Assembly (NCBI GenBank): GCA_021613535.1
Contig: CP075495.1
Location: 13,144,001-13,208,000, forward strand
Direction: 5' to 3'
DNA length: 64,000 bases
From: Adineta vaga
Taxonomy: Eukaryota; Animalia; Rotifera
Shown: one piece after another, positions 50,246 to 64,000 of the stretch
Layout of the letters: each line of letters starts with the position of its first letter
Numbering within the stretch: the first letter of the stretch is position 1
Position numbers and translations under genes: made by a program
The notes under the pieces: model-generated
What the model was told of the DNA's origin: nothing
Database searches by the model: none
What the model saw: the letters and a program-made list of their open reading frames with translations, nothing else

Positions 50246-52147
50246 AGTATAACAGTGTTATTAAATACTAAAAGAAGAGAAAACGAATAGTTCAAATTAA
50301 ACCAATAAAATCTTCTAGTTTATAATAAGACAAAATCAATTTCTTCGATCTGACAATATTTTCTCGACTAGAATTTTTTGTCTTACATCATAAAATATTC
50401 TGGTCAATGTTTTCAAATGAATGAGTTATTTCAAACTATGTCGAAAAACTTACGTAAAAAAAGCATTTTTTTGTCGATCAAACGAAACAAATAGAAATCT
50501 TACACCACGATATAAAACTTGACAAAATAAGTGTTATAACTCAAGCAAATGTTGTATTTTCTCTTAATTAGTCATTTCTATGTTCGAATCTGTCAGTGAG
50601 ATACTAAATGCTCTTTCACAATCGAAATGTAAGATGGAGATATAAGAATGACCATATTTGGTATGAAAATCTTTCTTTCAAAATGAATCAACATGTTTTC
50701 TTCTTATCAAATTTCTAAATACGAAATAATAATGAATGATGCATACTTCATTGAAATTCTCATCTAAATGTCAAAAACAGTGTATTTTAGTTTCCACAAT
50801 CTCAAGAGTTTAATCAACTAAAAACATATCTAAATTTCATTTTAATTCTACATCTATTATCATTAATTCTGACGATGTATATTAATTGTTTTTGGTAATA
50901 TATATTAATCAATGAATCGAATCTTTCATAATTATATTTATTAAGACAAAAACTCGAGAATAACTAAGATACTATTCATTTTATTAAATAAATAATTCTA
51001 AATATATGTCATTTATCATACCAGATCGACATGTTTCGATTTGGGTCTAATATTAATGATATGAATAAAATGAATAACTTAATATTGATTCAAATGAAAC
51101 ATATAGAATTTGTCTAGAAAAAAAAGATAGATATTCATTCATTCATTCATTCATACAGGCGCTAGATAAAAAAGAAATTCGCAATTAATTTCATTTCAAA
51201 TTATAAACAATAATAATAGTAATACAAAAGCATGTTCAAATATTTTCATCAATAGAAAATTGGAGAATCAAAGTAATATGAGCTCAGTTCACTTCAAACG
51301 TTCTACACAATGGGAAAAGGTGATTTTATTTTTTTTTTCTAGATGAAAATAATCACAAACGTGACTCATTTTTATTTTGATTAGTGCATAAGTGCATTAA
51401 TGATATTTTCAAGCGAAGGAGGTAATAGAAATTTCTTCATATAAAATCCACATTGGTTAGAAAAACACCAATTAGATCGGTCGATATTTTGCACTCTTGC
51501 TTGACTCAATCTCATTGCAATACAATACTATTACTTTTGGTAATAACGATAGATTTAACTTCTCCCATGTATAAGAAACAATGGATTTGAAAAGAAATAA
51601 TAAATACGTTAATTATCTTCACTAGCTAGTCATTTTTTTCCAACATCAATCATGTTTATACGAACTGTTCTTCAATTGAATATACTACTTACTGATTTAT
51701 TCAGAGACTTCTAGATATAACCGTTAGTCTTCAAGTTTTGATTATTATAATTTAACTTCGCTTTGTTCGAAGATAATTATGTTGACTTTTGTCATTAAAT
51801 AAACTCACTGTATGTGATATAAAAGAATATTACAACGATATCAATTTCTTGTACAAGCACTGTATTAGCTCAATTAAAGTTTTTCTTAGTTGTATATCAG
51901 AAACTTTTTTTGTCTTAGATTCAATTCTTTTCATCACTTTCTTATACATTACTCAGTGAAATAAGAAAAAGATTTTTTTCTAGTGAATATTAAAACAATA
52001 AACAAGATATTTCCGTTCCTTCATATATTTTCGATAGATGTCATTCATTTCGTATGAATATGGTATTGATCAATAAAATCTAACCAATCATATAGATCGA
52101 ACAATATTTCCTTTTGTTCATTCGGTTTTAGTATTTTTTAGGCAAAG

Positions 52148-54143
52148 ATGACTTCCACGAAACGAAGAAATTCCTTAGTAGATGATGAAGAAATTGATTC
52201 TGATGAAGAAGTACCATCGAATACAATTGGTTCTAATGTACCATTGAAATGGTATGAAAATCATGATCATATCGGTTATGATTTGGATGCAAAAAAAATT
52301 GCTAAACCTATTTCGTCGGGTAAATCCGATGAAATCGATGAATTTCTCGAAAAAATGGAGAATGCTGATTATTGGCGAACGGTTTATGATGATTTAACAG
52401 GTCAAAATGTTACATTAACAAATGAAGATATCGCTACGATTCAACATATACAAAATGCTGAAACTTTTCCCGATGATCATGTTTATGAACCATGGGTAGA
52501 TACATTTTCAGCTGAAGTGATGATTCATCCGATCTTAAATACACCGGAATCCAAAGCATCATTTATTCCATCAAAATGGGAACGTTTGAAAGTAGGCAAA
52601 TATCTTCATGCAATTAAGATGGGTTGGATTAAACCTGCACCACCAAAAGAAGATCCACTTCTATCAAATAATTATGATTTATGGTCAGACGAATCGAAAA
52701 CAAATTTACCACGTTCAAATATTCCTGCACCTAAACTTGAATTACCTGGTCATCATGAATCATATAATCCATCATATGAATATTTACTTGATGATGCTGA
52801 AGTTGAAGCTTTGAAAGAAAAAATGGAATCTGATTTCGATGAAAATGAACGTCAAACGAAAACATTATTTATTCCAAAGAAATATACAAGTCTTCGTCAA
52901 GTACCTGCTTATGATCACTTTGTTTATGAACGTTTTCAACGTTGTCTGGATCTTTATCTATGTCCAAGACAAAAACGTATGAAAGCAAATATTACTGATC
53001 TTAATGATCTTATACCAGATAAACCAAAACCACAAGATTTACATCCGTATCCATTGGTTCAATCATTAATTTATGAAGGACATAAGAATATTATACGTTG
53101 TTTAGCATGTCATACATCAGGACAATGGTTAGCAAGTGGAAGTGATGATTGTACTGTTCGTATATGGGAAATTTCGACAACAAGATGTATGAATGTGTTT
53201 ACATTCGATAAACCAGTTGTGTCTATTCAATGGAACCCTGTCTTATCTTTATTAGCTGTTGCGACAGGAACACAAATTGTTATGATTAATCCTAAATTAG
53301 GTAAGAAAAGATAATTTATATCAATTGATTTTCTATTCTTTCGTATTGTTAGGTGAAAATGCCAAAGTTGTTTTTACTGATGAATTTATCAAACAATTAA
53401 CTTATGAATCATCAAGTAATGATGATTGTCAATGGACAAAAACATCCGAAGAAACAGATAAATATATTCGTTTAACAATTAAACATTCAATACCAATTCG
53501 TCAAATTGAATGGCAAGGACGTGGTGATTATTTAGCATGTGTTTCAATTCCACGTTCGGATCAATCACAATCGAAATCTATATGCATACATCATCTATCT
53601 AAAGGACGTTCACAATACCCATTTAAACAATTAAAAGGTGCTGTACAACACGTACGATTTCATCCAACAAAACCTATCTTTATTATTGCAACACAACATT
53701 CAATAAAAATTTATCATTTATTAAAACAACAATTAATTAAACGTCTCTATGTGAATACGAAATGGATATCATCAATTGATATACATCCATTGGGTGATAA
53801 TATCTTATGTGGTGGTTATGATTCAAAAATTAATTGGTTTGATTTAGATTTATCTGTTAAACCATATGAAACCTATCGTTATCATAAACGTGCCATACGG
53901 TGTGTACGTTATCATACAAAATTACCATTATTTGCTTCGACAAGTGATGATGGAACATGTATCATTTCACATTGTTCAGTTTATTCTGATTTATTGAAAA
54001 ATCCTATGATTGTACCAGTGAAAATTTTACGTGGACATCAATTTAACAATGAATTATCAATGTTAGATTGTTTATTTCATCCAACACAACCGTGGATATT
54101 TACATCAGGTGCTGATTCAACAATACGTTTATTTACAAACTAA
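52148..54143 (+). CDS. BOP1: Ribosome biogenesis protein BOP1/Erb1
   Basis: Two exons. NTIGSNVPLKWY, HIGYDLDAKKI, FIPSKWE, LPGHHESYNP and ERFQRCLDLYLCPR, then WD40 repeats ending FHPTQPWIFTSGADSTIRLF. Confidence 0.96.
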
Positions 54144-54819
54144 TTTCCTGTTTTTTTTCCTTCTCTTTGTTTGTTTTGAATTCATACAGAAAGAAAAAAA
54201 AACTAGTGAAAGAAAAACACAAAAATGCTGTTGTTAACAAACTGATTTTGTTGTCTTGTTTGTTTTAGATATTCCTATATCTTAGATGGATAAGATTCAT
54301 ATGGTGTGGACTTTGACTGTATGTATTAGTTGTAATAAGAGTATGTTTCATCTTCTTCCTTTTTCTTATCACTCATTCTTTTGTTGACAATCAACACACT
54401 TCATAACAACATATGTGTCATGGTCGGATGATTGATAAACGAGTGTGTTGTTGGTTGAATGTACAAATGCTCATTACTTGACACTTTTATTCATTCTTTC
54501 AATGTTCATTTATGTCATTGTCACTCGTATCGTTTTATCTGATTTGAGTTACTCTAATGATGGACAACCACCTAGAACTATCACTTTTTTTTCTGACGAG
54601 TGAAAAAATGTTCAATGTTAATCATTTTCCTTAGATAGTTTGTTCAGTTTGAAAAAAAATCAAAATCTTGATTGAGTGTGGATAGGAAAAGCGACTCTAT
54701 ATTTATATATTAGTTTCAACTATTGTTATTGTAGTGGCACAAACGATGATAATGATTACTGTTACAGTATTCACACCGCGAAGCGGTAACTCGAGCACAA
54801 ACAGTAGTAACAGAAACGA

Positions 54820-57800
54820 GCAAGAAGAAGAAGAAGAAGAATAATAACGGAAGAAAACGAGTGGGTGCTCGTCTAGAGAAAGAAAAGAAGAAGAAGAAGA
54901 AAACTGTCTATCGTCATAAAAAAAGTCATGTAAGTAAAAAAAGAAGATGAGAGAAAGAAAGAGAAAAGAGATGATAAGTTCAAGACCCTATCGTTCGCAT
55001 CGATCTATTTCCACGAAGAGAAAGAAGAAGAAGAATCAAGTATGCAGAATGGAAATGCATGGTTTTGCTCGTTCGTTCTTGCTTTCTTTTTTTCTATCTC
55101 TCAAGGTTGTTGTCATCATTGCTCGTACTAAGAAAAAAGTCAATAAATCCATCTTATTGCTTTTTCCTTTGCCTCTCATCATTTACGAAATTAATACACG
55201 ACTGTTTCTGTTATTTTTTGTCTTACTGAAAAAAGAAAGTAAAAAAATGTGTTTCGTTTTTTTTCAATTATAAAATCGACTTATTCTATAAAATACATGA
55301 AAGAATAGAGTGATGATAGTTGTAGTGATAGTAGCTTTTTGGTATAAGTATTTGAGTATGCGTGCTTAGTTGCTTGTGCTTGCCTACCTATGTCATTTGT
55401 TCGAAATCAGTGAAGCATGATACACACGGGGAAGGTGTCTTCTCTCTTCTTCTTCTTCTTCTTCTTTCCCTCTGTCATGATCGTCGTCCCTCATCATTGC
55501 TGCCTTCTTCTTCATTTTCGCTGTCTCGAAGAAAATATATTAAAGGACAACGATGATGATGATGATGATGATGATGATGGCGACTATAAATGGTGAGTGG
55601 TAATTTCAAGATAAAAAAATAAAGATTTATTGAGTATTACAATGAAAGATAATAAAATACGTAAACATCTTTAATTGACTAATAGTAATTTGAAGTATTG
55701 TAATTCGTTTTCTAGTTTTTTCTTTCATATTTTTAATGCGTCATTTTCATTAAGCGAACTTTGACAAATAGTAGCATGCTGTCTATTTGTTTTCTTCTCT
55801 CTATGTAGTATTCCTCACTCTCGCTTTTCTTTTCTTTTTTTCATACGCATTTTTATTCAGTCCTTCTCTCGTTCTCTAACTCACTCACTTATTTTATCCT
55901 TTGTTGAAACGAACACACCGTGGCAGCCAAAAAGTTCTATGTAATACTAACACCGTTCTTCTTTTTTCTTTCTGCTCGTGTATGATTGTGTATATATGGC
56001 ATTTTTTCTTCTGTCATCAACATTGTTTGAATTACGTTACTACCTATTCGTTCGTGAGAAACAATTTCTTTCCTGTTCATGAATGTATGAAAAGACAGAA
56101 GAAAAAACGTCTAAATGCATATGCATATATACATATACATATACAAATATATATGTATATATTGTATGCATACAGTTTTTAAACATTCACTTAGAGGAAA
56201 GAACGAAGAAAAAGAAGAAGAAGAAGGAAAAATCCTTGACGGTCCAGGTCAGACTGGTGCCGAAACACTATCTATCTATCTATCTATCCATCTATCGCTC
56301 TGTTTACATACGAGTGATGGTGTTGGGTTTCTTCATCATTTCTCCTCCTTCTCATAATATAGATAGAGAGGAAGATAGATCCTTTGCAGTACAATGATAA
56401 TAATAATAATGATGATGATGATGATCATCATCATCATCATCATCATCATCACGGTTTCTGTATACAGTATGTATCAAATTATAGTTGTACTACTAGTTAT
56501 TCGTGATGGATCATATTGTTTGATGGTGCCTACTTCATCCACTTTTCTTGTCCACTACTTCTCACACTCGACCAAGCATATTCTATTGTCGTCACAGCAT
56601 CGAGCAACAAGTATTGTCGTCATTGTATTGTCCCTCGAGGCACACGTTCCTTTTCTCCTTTTTCTCTATTTGAGCCAACCTACACTTTGAATGAGTGCTC
56701 TGCTTGGTCAACTGCGCTCGCTATGTCACACACATACACACACGTTTTTTGCCTCTCTTTTCGTTCTTGTGTTATACACCTCAGGGAGTATGGCGGCACC
56801 TCATCATCGTTTCATGGTTACACGCATTTCGAATATACATACACAAGATGCACGTCCGGAAATGAACATGTTATTAGTAAAGCAAGAGAATTTTTTGTTC
56901 TACTTTCACTTTCTTTTCAATGTCCAGGTGTTGTTTCATCAGTTATTCAATATATAGATTCTCTCATTCACTCTTTCTTTCTTTCTTTCTTTATAAAAAT
57001 TTTTTTTAGCAGGTTCATTCAACTCGAAAAATTGTCTATAATGATCATTATTGTTTTATTTAGATGTAGTATTGTATTTGTAACCATTGAATGAATTCCA
57101 TCCTTCTGTCTGTGTCTCCCTCTCTTACTCTTTTGCCTTCCCTCTTTCTTTCTTTGTTTCATTTGATTATTCTTCAATAATGTCAGTAGTATTGCTTCAG
57201 CATCTGTGAGAAAAAAGCTTTATGATGAGAACAGAGGAGAAGAAGAAGAAGACGAAGAATGTTTTCCGTTTTTTGCTCTTTCGCGTACGGTACTGCTTAG
57301 ACAAAGGAAGAAACGACAAGAACGAGAAAAGAAAAATCGATGGAAAATGGAGACATCTCAGCGCGCGCACACGCACACGCACGGAAAGGAGCACAGTAGG
57401 CTATAGTAGAGATGTTGTTTTTTACGCATCTGTTATTGTTGTTGTTATTCTTGTTCGCCTTTCGCGTGATGCAGGCCGCCGATGCTGCTTCTTCTTTGCT
57501 GTTCGTGCAGCATGCTCGAAGCATGAATGATGTTCAATGCACTCGTGCACATATACACACTCGTTGTTGATGTTGTTCTTCTTCTTCATCTTCTTTTTCC
57601 TCTTTCTCTTCTCTTTTCAGTTTGAACAGTTGTTCTGTGTGGTTGGCAAACGAACACAATGAATGGAAGAACAAGGAAAGAGAAGGAGAGGAAGAAATAG
57701 ACAGACAGACAGAGGGAACGCGTACGATCGGACGGCAGATTGAACGTAGGAAAGAGAAAGAGAGGGAGAGAGAGCCAACCCGTTATTTGTTCTTTTTTGA

Positions 57801-57900
57801 CATTCTTCTTCTCCTCCCATGATGTACGTACGTGAACGAGATGTAGTGAACGTGTCGCATGCGAACGCACTTTTGCTTGTTTGGCGTCAACAAAGAAGAG
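54820..57900. repeat. Microsatellite-rich non-coding region upstream of BCL9 ((GAA)n, (GAT)n, (CTAT)n, (CA)n and (GA)n tracts)
   Basis: Numerous short tandem repeats, for example (GAT)n near 55552-55578 and (CTT)n near 55445. The ORFs here translate to low-complexity junk. Confidence 0.75.
56409..56440. repeat. Perfect 32-bp palindrome formed by (ATG)n abutting (CAT)n
   Basis: ATGATGATGATGATGA-TCATCATCATCATCAT is its own reverse complement. Confidence 0.85.
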
Positions 57901-58174
57901 AAAAAAAATCGTCTCTTTTTATGTTAAACTCTTATGTTTATTTCAGATTGAATGCTAACAAATGTATAGGATCCATATGAATGAAAAACAATATAAAAGA
58001 AAGCCAATTTGGCTGTATTATTTTCAATGAGTTTTGTTTAACAAAGATTATTTGTTTATAAAAATTTTCAATCATCTATTACCAATAGTGGTATGTATTC
58101 TGTGTTCCCGAATGTTTTCATAATTTCTAATTTTTCCATGTGTATATTAATTAGTTGTTTTAGTAAATGATGAT

Positions 58175-61100
58175 ATGGAGAGTGGAACCTTACCGCCCGC
58201 AACAATGTTATTACATTCTAATGAATCACTTCATGCAATGCCGTCATCGGATTCTCCTCTAAATCAATTTTCTGATATATTTTCTGCAAGACAATCAATA
58301 CAAATTAATAATAAAACCAATAAACGAAAACTTGATGAACTTGGTGATCCATCACCAAATGATGTTGATTCATCATCAGCTATTAAACCTCAAAAAACTG
58401 AACAAACAGAACCTGAACGATCACTTAGTAGAACAGGAACGCGTAAGGAAATATTTTTTCATTCATATGAATAGTTAAATCTATGTACTATTTTCTTTTG
58501 TTGTCTAGCTCTATCGAATGGTCCTCCACAACATCCACCACCTTCTTTAACACCATCGCGGAATGGCAATGATAATGGTCCATTATCATATGATTTTGGA
58601 CCAGCAAGTAATACTAATATTAATAATAATAATAATAATAATACCGGTAGAGCAACACCCAATTCTTCTTTATTTACGCAACAAACACCACCACCAACAT
58701 CTTTACAGCAACAACAATCGTTACCTTCAATGCCACCATCATCTTACATGCCAATGTCACCACGAAATCAATTTATAGTGAATAATGATAGTCCATTTTT
58801 ACAAACCAATAATCAAGTGTTTGTATTTACAACACAATTGGCAAATGAAGCTGCTGAATCTGTATTAAAAAATGAACATCCAAATATTGTTGAATTTCAT
58901 AAATCACTACCATCAACTGCTCAATATCTAAATGTAAGTAAAGTATAACGAAAATAAAAAGAAGTTTTCTTTATATTTCATTTCATTTTTTTGTCACCTT
59001 AGTCTCTTTCTAATAATATGAACAATAATCATAATTCATTACTTGGTGGTCCTATGCATATGAATCATGGTCCACCACCACCACCTGGCTGTCATTCACC
59101 TCGAACTATGCAAATGATGATGGGTGGACCTCTACCTCATAATCCACATTTACCACATCATAATGGTGGTGGACCACCGCCGAATTGGCCACATCCACAT
59201 CCACATCCACATTTTCATCCACATCAACAACAACCACCGTTTGGTCGTTTAACGCCCGGTTCTGGTGGTTTACCTCCACCCAGTCATCTCTTACCGCCTG
59301 GCTCAATGATGATGAACGGTCAATCGCCATCAGATGGAATTGAAAATCTAACACCTGAACGAGCCAAACATCGAAAAAATCAATTAAATAAAATTGAAGA
59401 TTTGAAATCGAAAATTACAGGTGGACGAGCTCGTGGTGGTAGAGGTAAAGCAAATGCTGCTTCAGCAGCGGCTGCCGCAGCTGCTGCAGCAGCAGGTAAT
59501 ATGCCACCATCGATGAACGGCGGTCCACCACCTCCAGGTTCACTTGATCCACATCAACAACAAATGATGATGATGAACAGTCCACATGGTGTTGGTCCAC
59601 CACATCATATGATGGGAATTGGACCACCACCACCACATATGCTACCTCCAGGTATGCGAGGACCTGATGGAATGATACTTGACATGAACGGTATGCCGCA
59701 ACCACCGCCACCACATGGTTATATGAATGGACCAATGCCACCAAATTTCCATGGACAATTTGGACCTGGACCATGTGATCCATATGGACAATTACCTCCG
59801 CCACATCAACATTCGCAAGCAGCACGAGATTGGAATAAAATGCAAGTGGAACATATGGAAGGAAAATCTCAATTTATGCGTGGACAACCACCACCATATT
59901 CTTCAGCATCACCATCGTCATTAACACCTCCAATTGCTACAACATCGGCGGGAAGTACTCTAGGGCCCAATGGAAAATTACTTTCACCAAAAATGGAACC
60001 ATCCTCTGCTCCACGATTGTACAAAGTTGGACAACCAGAAAAATTCATTCCCGATTCCTTGCCATCATCAGCGAATAAGAAATTAACGGGCAGTATTGGA
60101 GAAGTACAACTAACAGCATCACCTACACAAATGGACTATAATGAATTCGGTATATATGTATATTTCAATGATCTATTTCTCTATTAATGTCTCTCTATTG
60201 TGTAGGAATGGACGGTGAAGAGTTAGTTATTTCAAGGCATTTGAATCGTGGTTATCGTTCATCAAATGGAGCTGGTAATGGTGGTCTACCAATACCCTCT
60301 TCTTCTTCTTCATCATTAAAAGATGAACCAATGACACCAATGACACGATCAACATCGACACCAAATAATAATATCAATCCATTATCATGTGGACAACCAA
60401 TAGGTGATCCAGGAACACCTACACATCTTTCACAAGGACCGCCGTCACATCTTACACCACAAAGTGTATCAGCTGCTTCACCACGTCCTGCAAAATTAAC
60501 TGGAAACAGTAGTTTATCATCACCATTAATGCTTTCAAACAATCCGAATTCATCAGCTAAAGATGAACCATTAGATATGAATGGTGGTCCAAAAACGCCA
60601 ACATCCAATATGGCTCCACCACTCAGTAGTATGTTACAAATGACTAACAGTTTACAATCAGCTAATTCTCCATATAATTCATCGACTAATTCGACATCTA
60701 AACCATCATCTTTACAATCGAATCTTATTGGTAATGGACCATCATTAACTAGTCAAAATTTACCACATATGAATAAATCCATAGATCAACTACCTCCGCA
60801 ATCACATATGTCTTTACCACCACATCAACAACAGCAGATGCAATTTCAAGTATTAATTATTACTAATAAACTGTTCATTTGTAATTTTAAATATTTTTAG
60901 AATATGAATCCACATCATCGAATGATGGGCATGCCAGAATCAATGCCACCACATTACCATCCACATCATGGTGGTAATTTACCACCACCACATCCACATA
61001 TGTACAAAATGATGCCTCCACATCATGGACTAGATCCATCTGGTATGATGCTTTCACATCCCGGTGGTCCACCACGTTCTTCAAAAGGTTTACCACCACC

Positions 61101-61704
61101 TTCATCCGATCCCATGCAACAACATCTTCATCATTTACCACCATCACATTATGCTAAAATGCACAATATGGATCCAATGCTAGGTCCACCACCAGGTCAT
61201 CCTCAACAGCATATGCGTTTTCCACCAATGATGGAAGATGGTTTTGGTATGGGACCACCACCACCATCATCTCATCATTCACATCATCCACATATGCATC
61301 CACACATGCATCCTCATCTACAAATGCATCATCAACTAATGCATCCTAATGATGGTCGACCACCACCACCACCACCGCCTCAATCAATAAATAATACTTA
61401 CGTATCGGCAACGATGTCTATTCAACAATTAAATATTCAAAGTCTAGGTCCTGGTGGACCGCCACCTGAACTTCAACCAGGTACAATTCATTATCATGCT
61501 TCATCAGCTAATGGTCCTGATTCTCAATCACAAGGACCACCTGGTTCTAATGGGAATAATACTATGTTTTCATCTCAACAACAATTTACTAACATGAATA
61601 ATATGTCAACAAATGATCCGTCATTTGCTTCACAATTCAATGATCTTCAACCACCACCATCTAATCTCAGTGTAGACGGTATTCAACAACCTCCTTATTG
61701 GTGA
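58175..61704 (+). CDS. BCL9: BCL9/Legless Wnt/beta-catenin co-activator homologue
   Basis: HD1 QVFVFTTQLANEAAESVL..NIVEFH, HD2 ENLTPERAKHRKNQLNKIEDL and HD3 RDWNKMQVEHMEGK. Also PPPY, Pro/Gly/Met-rich linkers and the C-terminal NNTYVSATMSIQQLNIQ. Five coding exons. Confidence 0.88.
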
Positions 61705-62291
61705 TCTCAATCAAAGAAGACGAAACCAAAATAATTGTATCTCACGTTATTTGTGAGACTTCTTTCATTATAATTTATCTCCTATTTTCGAATCTAAACC
61801 TGTACAGACAAAGAATCTCTTTTTCTTCTTCTCCTCCTGTTCGATTGTTTGTCTACGGGCATTTTTCTCTTTTTTTTCTCGACTAATTGTATTTTTTTCT
61901 CTTCTTTTGTTGTTATTGATGTTGTTCTCTATTTTTTTTTCTTTCTCTCTCTCTCTCTCTCTCTCTCGTTCTTTTTCGTACGTTTATATTCACACACACA
62001 CATGCGCACAATGTCCAACTTCTTTGTTGACTATTCTCATCGTTATCGTCATCAGCAGCATGTGCTACCATCAACAAGCAAACAAAAACTACCGTCTTCT
62101 GTCTTTTCTTTCTTCTTTGTTCTCTCCATTGGTTTTTTTTCTTTTTTTTTCCTGTGTGTGACATAAGAGATTAAAATCGAAAAATAGAGTTTATAATATA
62201 ATGAGATGACAAAATCAAAAATGCAAATGTCTGTATGTCATTTTTAGATTTTCAAGCATTGCATATTCTTTTTAAAAAAATAGTATAAATA

Positions 62292-62540
62292 ATGGCATCT
62301 AATAAACAAGGTATGGATGAACATGGTAATTCTCAATTACCAACTAAAGCAGCAGCTGAAGGTACACTTGCACCTGAAAAAGAAGCAGTTGTTGATCATA
62401 TGACAACGAAAATTCCTGTTTCAACTAGTAATTTAAATGGCATGAATTCACATGGTGATACTGTCATTCCTGAAAAAGCCGTTGAAGCAAATTTAGATCG
62501 TCATATTCATGGATTACATCCACAAACTCAACATGAATAA
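62292..62540 (+). CDS. Small hydrophilic orphan protein with an internal repeat
   Basis: 82-aa ATG-initiated ORF with host-like codon use. GMDEHGNSQLPTKAAAEGTL resembles GMNSHGDTVIPEKAVEANL. No Cys or aromatic residues. Confidence 0.7.
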   Translation: MASNKQGMDEHGNSQLPTKAAAEGTLAPEKEAVVDHMTTKIPVSTSNLNGMNSHGDTVIPEKAVEANLDRHIHGLHPQTQHE

Positions 62541-62912
62541 ATACGCAACTACAAAACAAAACTTATTCAAATAGATATTCCAGCAGTTCTTATTATTCAT
62601 TCGATCGCTTTTTTATGTCTATATCATATCAACACTTCTTCTTTCTCTTCTAAATATACTTAGAGTAAATGAGATGTTTGTTAATGTTGTGTTTCTTTTT
62701 TCATTTGATTTACATACAAAAACATTTTCTGAAATGAAAGACTTATTTCATATAATACCACCATACTAATATTGACTAATGTTTATGAAAATAATCACTT
62801 GATATTAATAAAAGGAAAGTCTAGTAGTTTAGTTCGATGATGATTTCAATGTTCAATGAATAAATACATCAATATATGATTTACTTCTCTTCTAATTCCA
62901 GATTCTGTTTTG

Positions 62913-64000
62913 ATGACCTTGTCACACGAGACAAGGATGACGACCGAAACGGAATTGATTTTTTCACCAGAACGTTCATCAACTAATTCGTTTCATATAT
63001 TTTCTAGTAAAAAAGTAAAATTAGATCATTCGTTTTTGATTTCTAATAATTTCTAAATTGATATATCTTTATTTCAGGCAAGTCGTCGCGGTGCAACATT
63101 ACATCAACCACCAAAACCTGTTTCATGTCGTGTCTTTCGATATTTTACACCAGCTGCAGCAGTTCGACCATCCAACGCTGTTTCAGTTAGTACAGATTCT
63201 TATGGTGTTGGTATGTATTTCTCATTTATTTTGATGTGTTTATTTGTTAGTTTTTCATATATTTAGCATTAGAAAGTCCTTTTTATACGAAATCGAATAC
63301 GTCTACATATTGGGATCAATGTTTCGAACATCTGGAATGTATTGGACGTGGATCATTTGCTGAAGTAAGACACAAATAAAAGAATGTAAAAATCTTAACT
63401 AATTTTTATTAGGTTTACAAAGTTCGTAATAAAGAAGATAATCAATTATATGCAATCAAACGATCATTAACTAAATTTCGTGGCAAATCTGATCGGTAAA
63501 AATCGTAATTTTTCGAAAAGCTTCTTTATTGTGAAAATAATTATTGTACTAGTGATCACAAATTAAAAGAAGTTCGTTTCCATGAAGCACTTGCTACACA
63601 TGAAAATATCTTGAAAATTATTCGTGCATGGGAAGAACGTGAACGTCTATACATTCAAACTGAACTTTGTGAAAGCAAGTAAGTGTTAAATACGAAGAAG
63701 TCTTCACTATATATCTTTCTGAAGTTTATTGGAATATGCTGCTGAACATCCAATGAATCAAACAATGATTTGGCACTTTCTCTATCAAATCAGTCAGGTA
63801 AATTGTCATTTTGTTTCAGTTCATTGAATGTAATTATTATCTATCTAGGCTCTAGATTTTCTTCATTCATTATATTATGTACATATGGATGTAAGTACTT
63901 CGAATATCATGGACATGCATACATATGCATATAGATGTATCGTTTTTATTGAAAGGTTAAACCAGAAAATATCTTGATTACACATGATGGTATTCTCAAA
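62913..64000 (+). CDS. PKMYT1: Myt1 (Wee1-family) CDK-inhibitory kinase, 5' part
   Basis: Not in the ORF track because the exons are short. YWDQCFEHLECIGRGSFAE/VYKVRNKEDNQLYAIKRS..FRGKSDR, EVRFHE, AWEERERLYIQTELC and VHMD/VKPENILI. Confidence 0.9.

Noticed and set aside
54947-57870. Numerous 60-190 aa ORFs on both strands
   Set aside because: They are translations of microsatellites and low-complexity sequence with no domain signal or consistent splicing.
59106-61147. Val-rich antisense ORFs overlapping BCL9
   Set aside because: They are shadow frames produced by CCA/CAT-rich sense codons.

Overview
Eukaryotic, AT-rich DNA with many short (about 50-60 nt) GT-AG introns and metazoan genes. 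It is most consistent with a bdelloid rotifer, which is inferred from intron size, composition and gene content. Positions 1 to about 5040 look like one end of a Mutator-like (MULE) DNA transposon. Its spliced transposase reads Zn-knuckle / OTU-type cysteine protease / CG-1-like DNA-binding module / DDE core. It sits head-to-head with an intronless, internally deleted NSF-derived AAA+ ATPase, with a palindrome between them and subterminal repeats beyond. This transposase plus ATPase unit is the best candidate for an undescribed system. Next come several orphan genes, including a probable catalytically dead M15-type peptidase. The host genes that follow are TBCD, two divergently oriented SPTLC2-type paralogues, a peptide GPCR, CKS1, an Mtl/MIG-2-type Rho GTPase, and a tightly packed same-strand MRPL10-UBE2G2-METTL17-ATG9 cluster (operon-like, 112-144 nt gaps). 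After these lie SUGCT, a TMEM145/GPR180-like gene, a CABIT-domain gene, CUL3 (with a hidden alternative N-terminal exon), BOP1, BCL9/legless, a small repeat protein and the 5' part of PKMYT1. No rRNA, tRNA or CRISPR array was seen. All protein assignments come from recognised motifs, not database searches.
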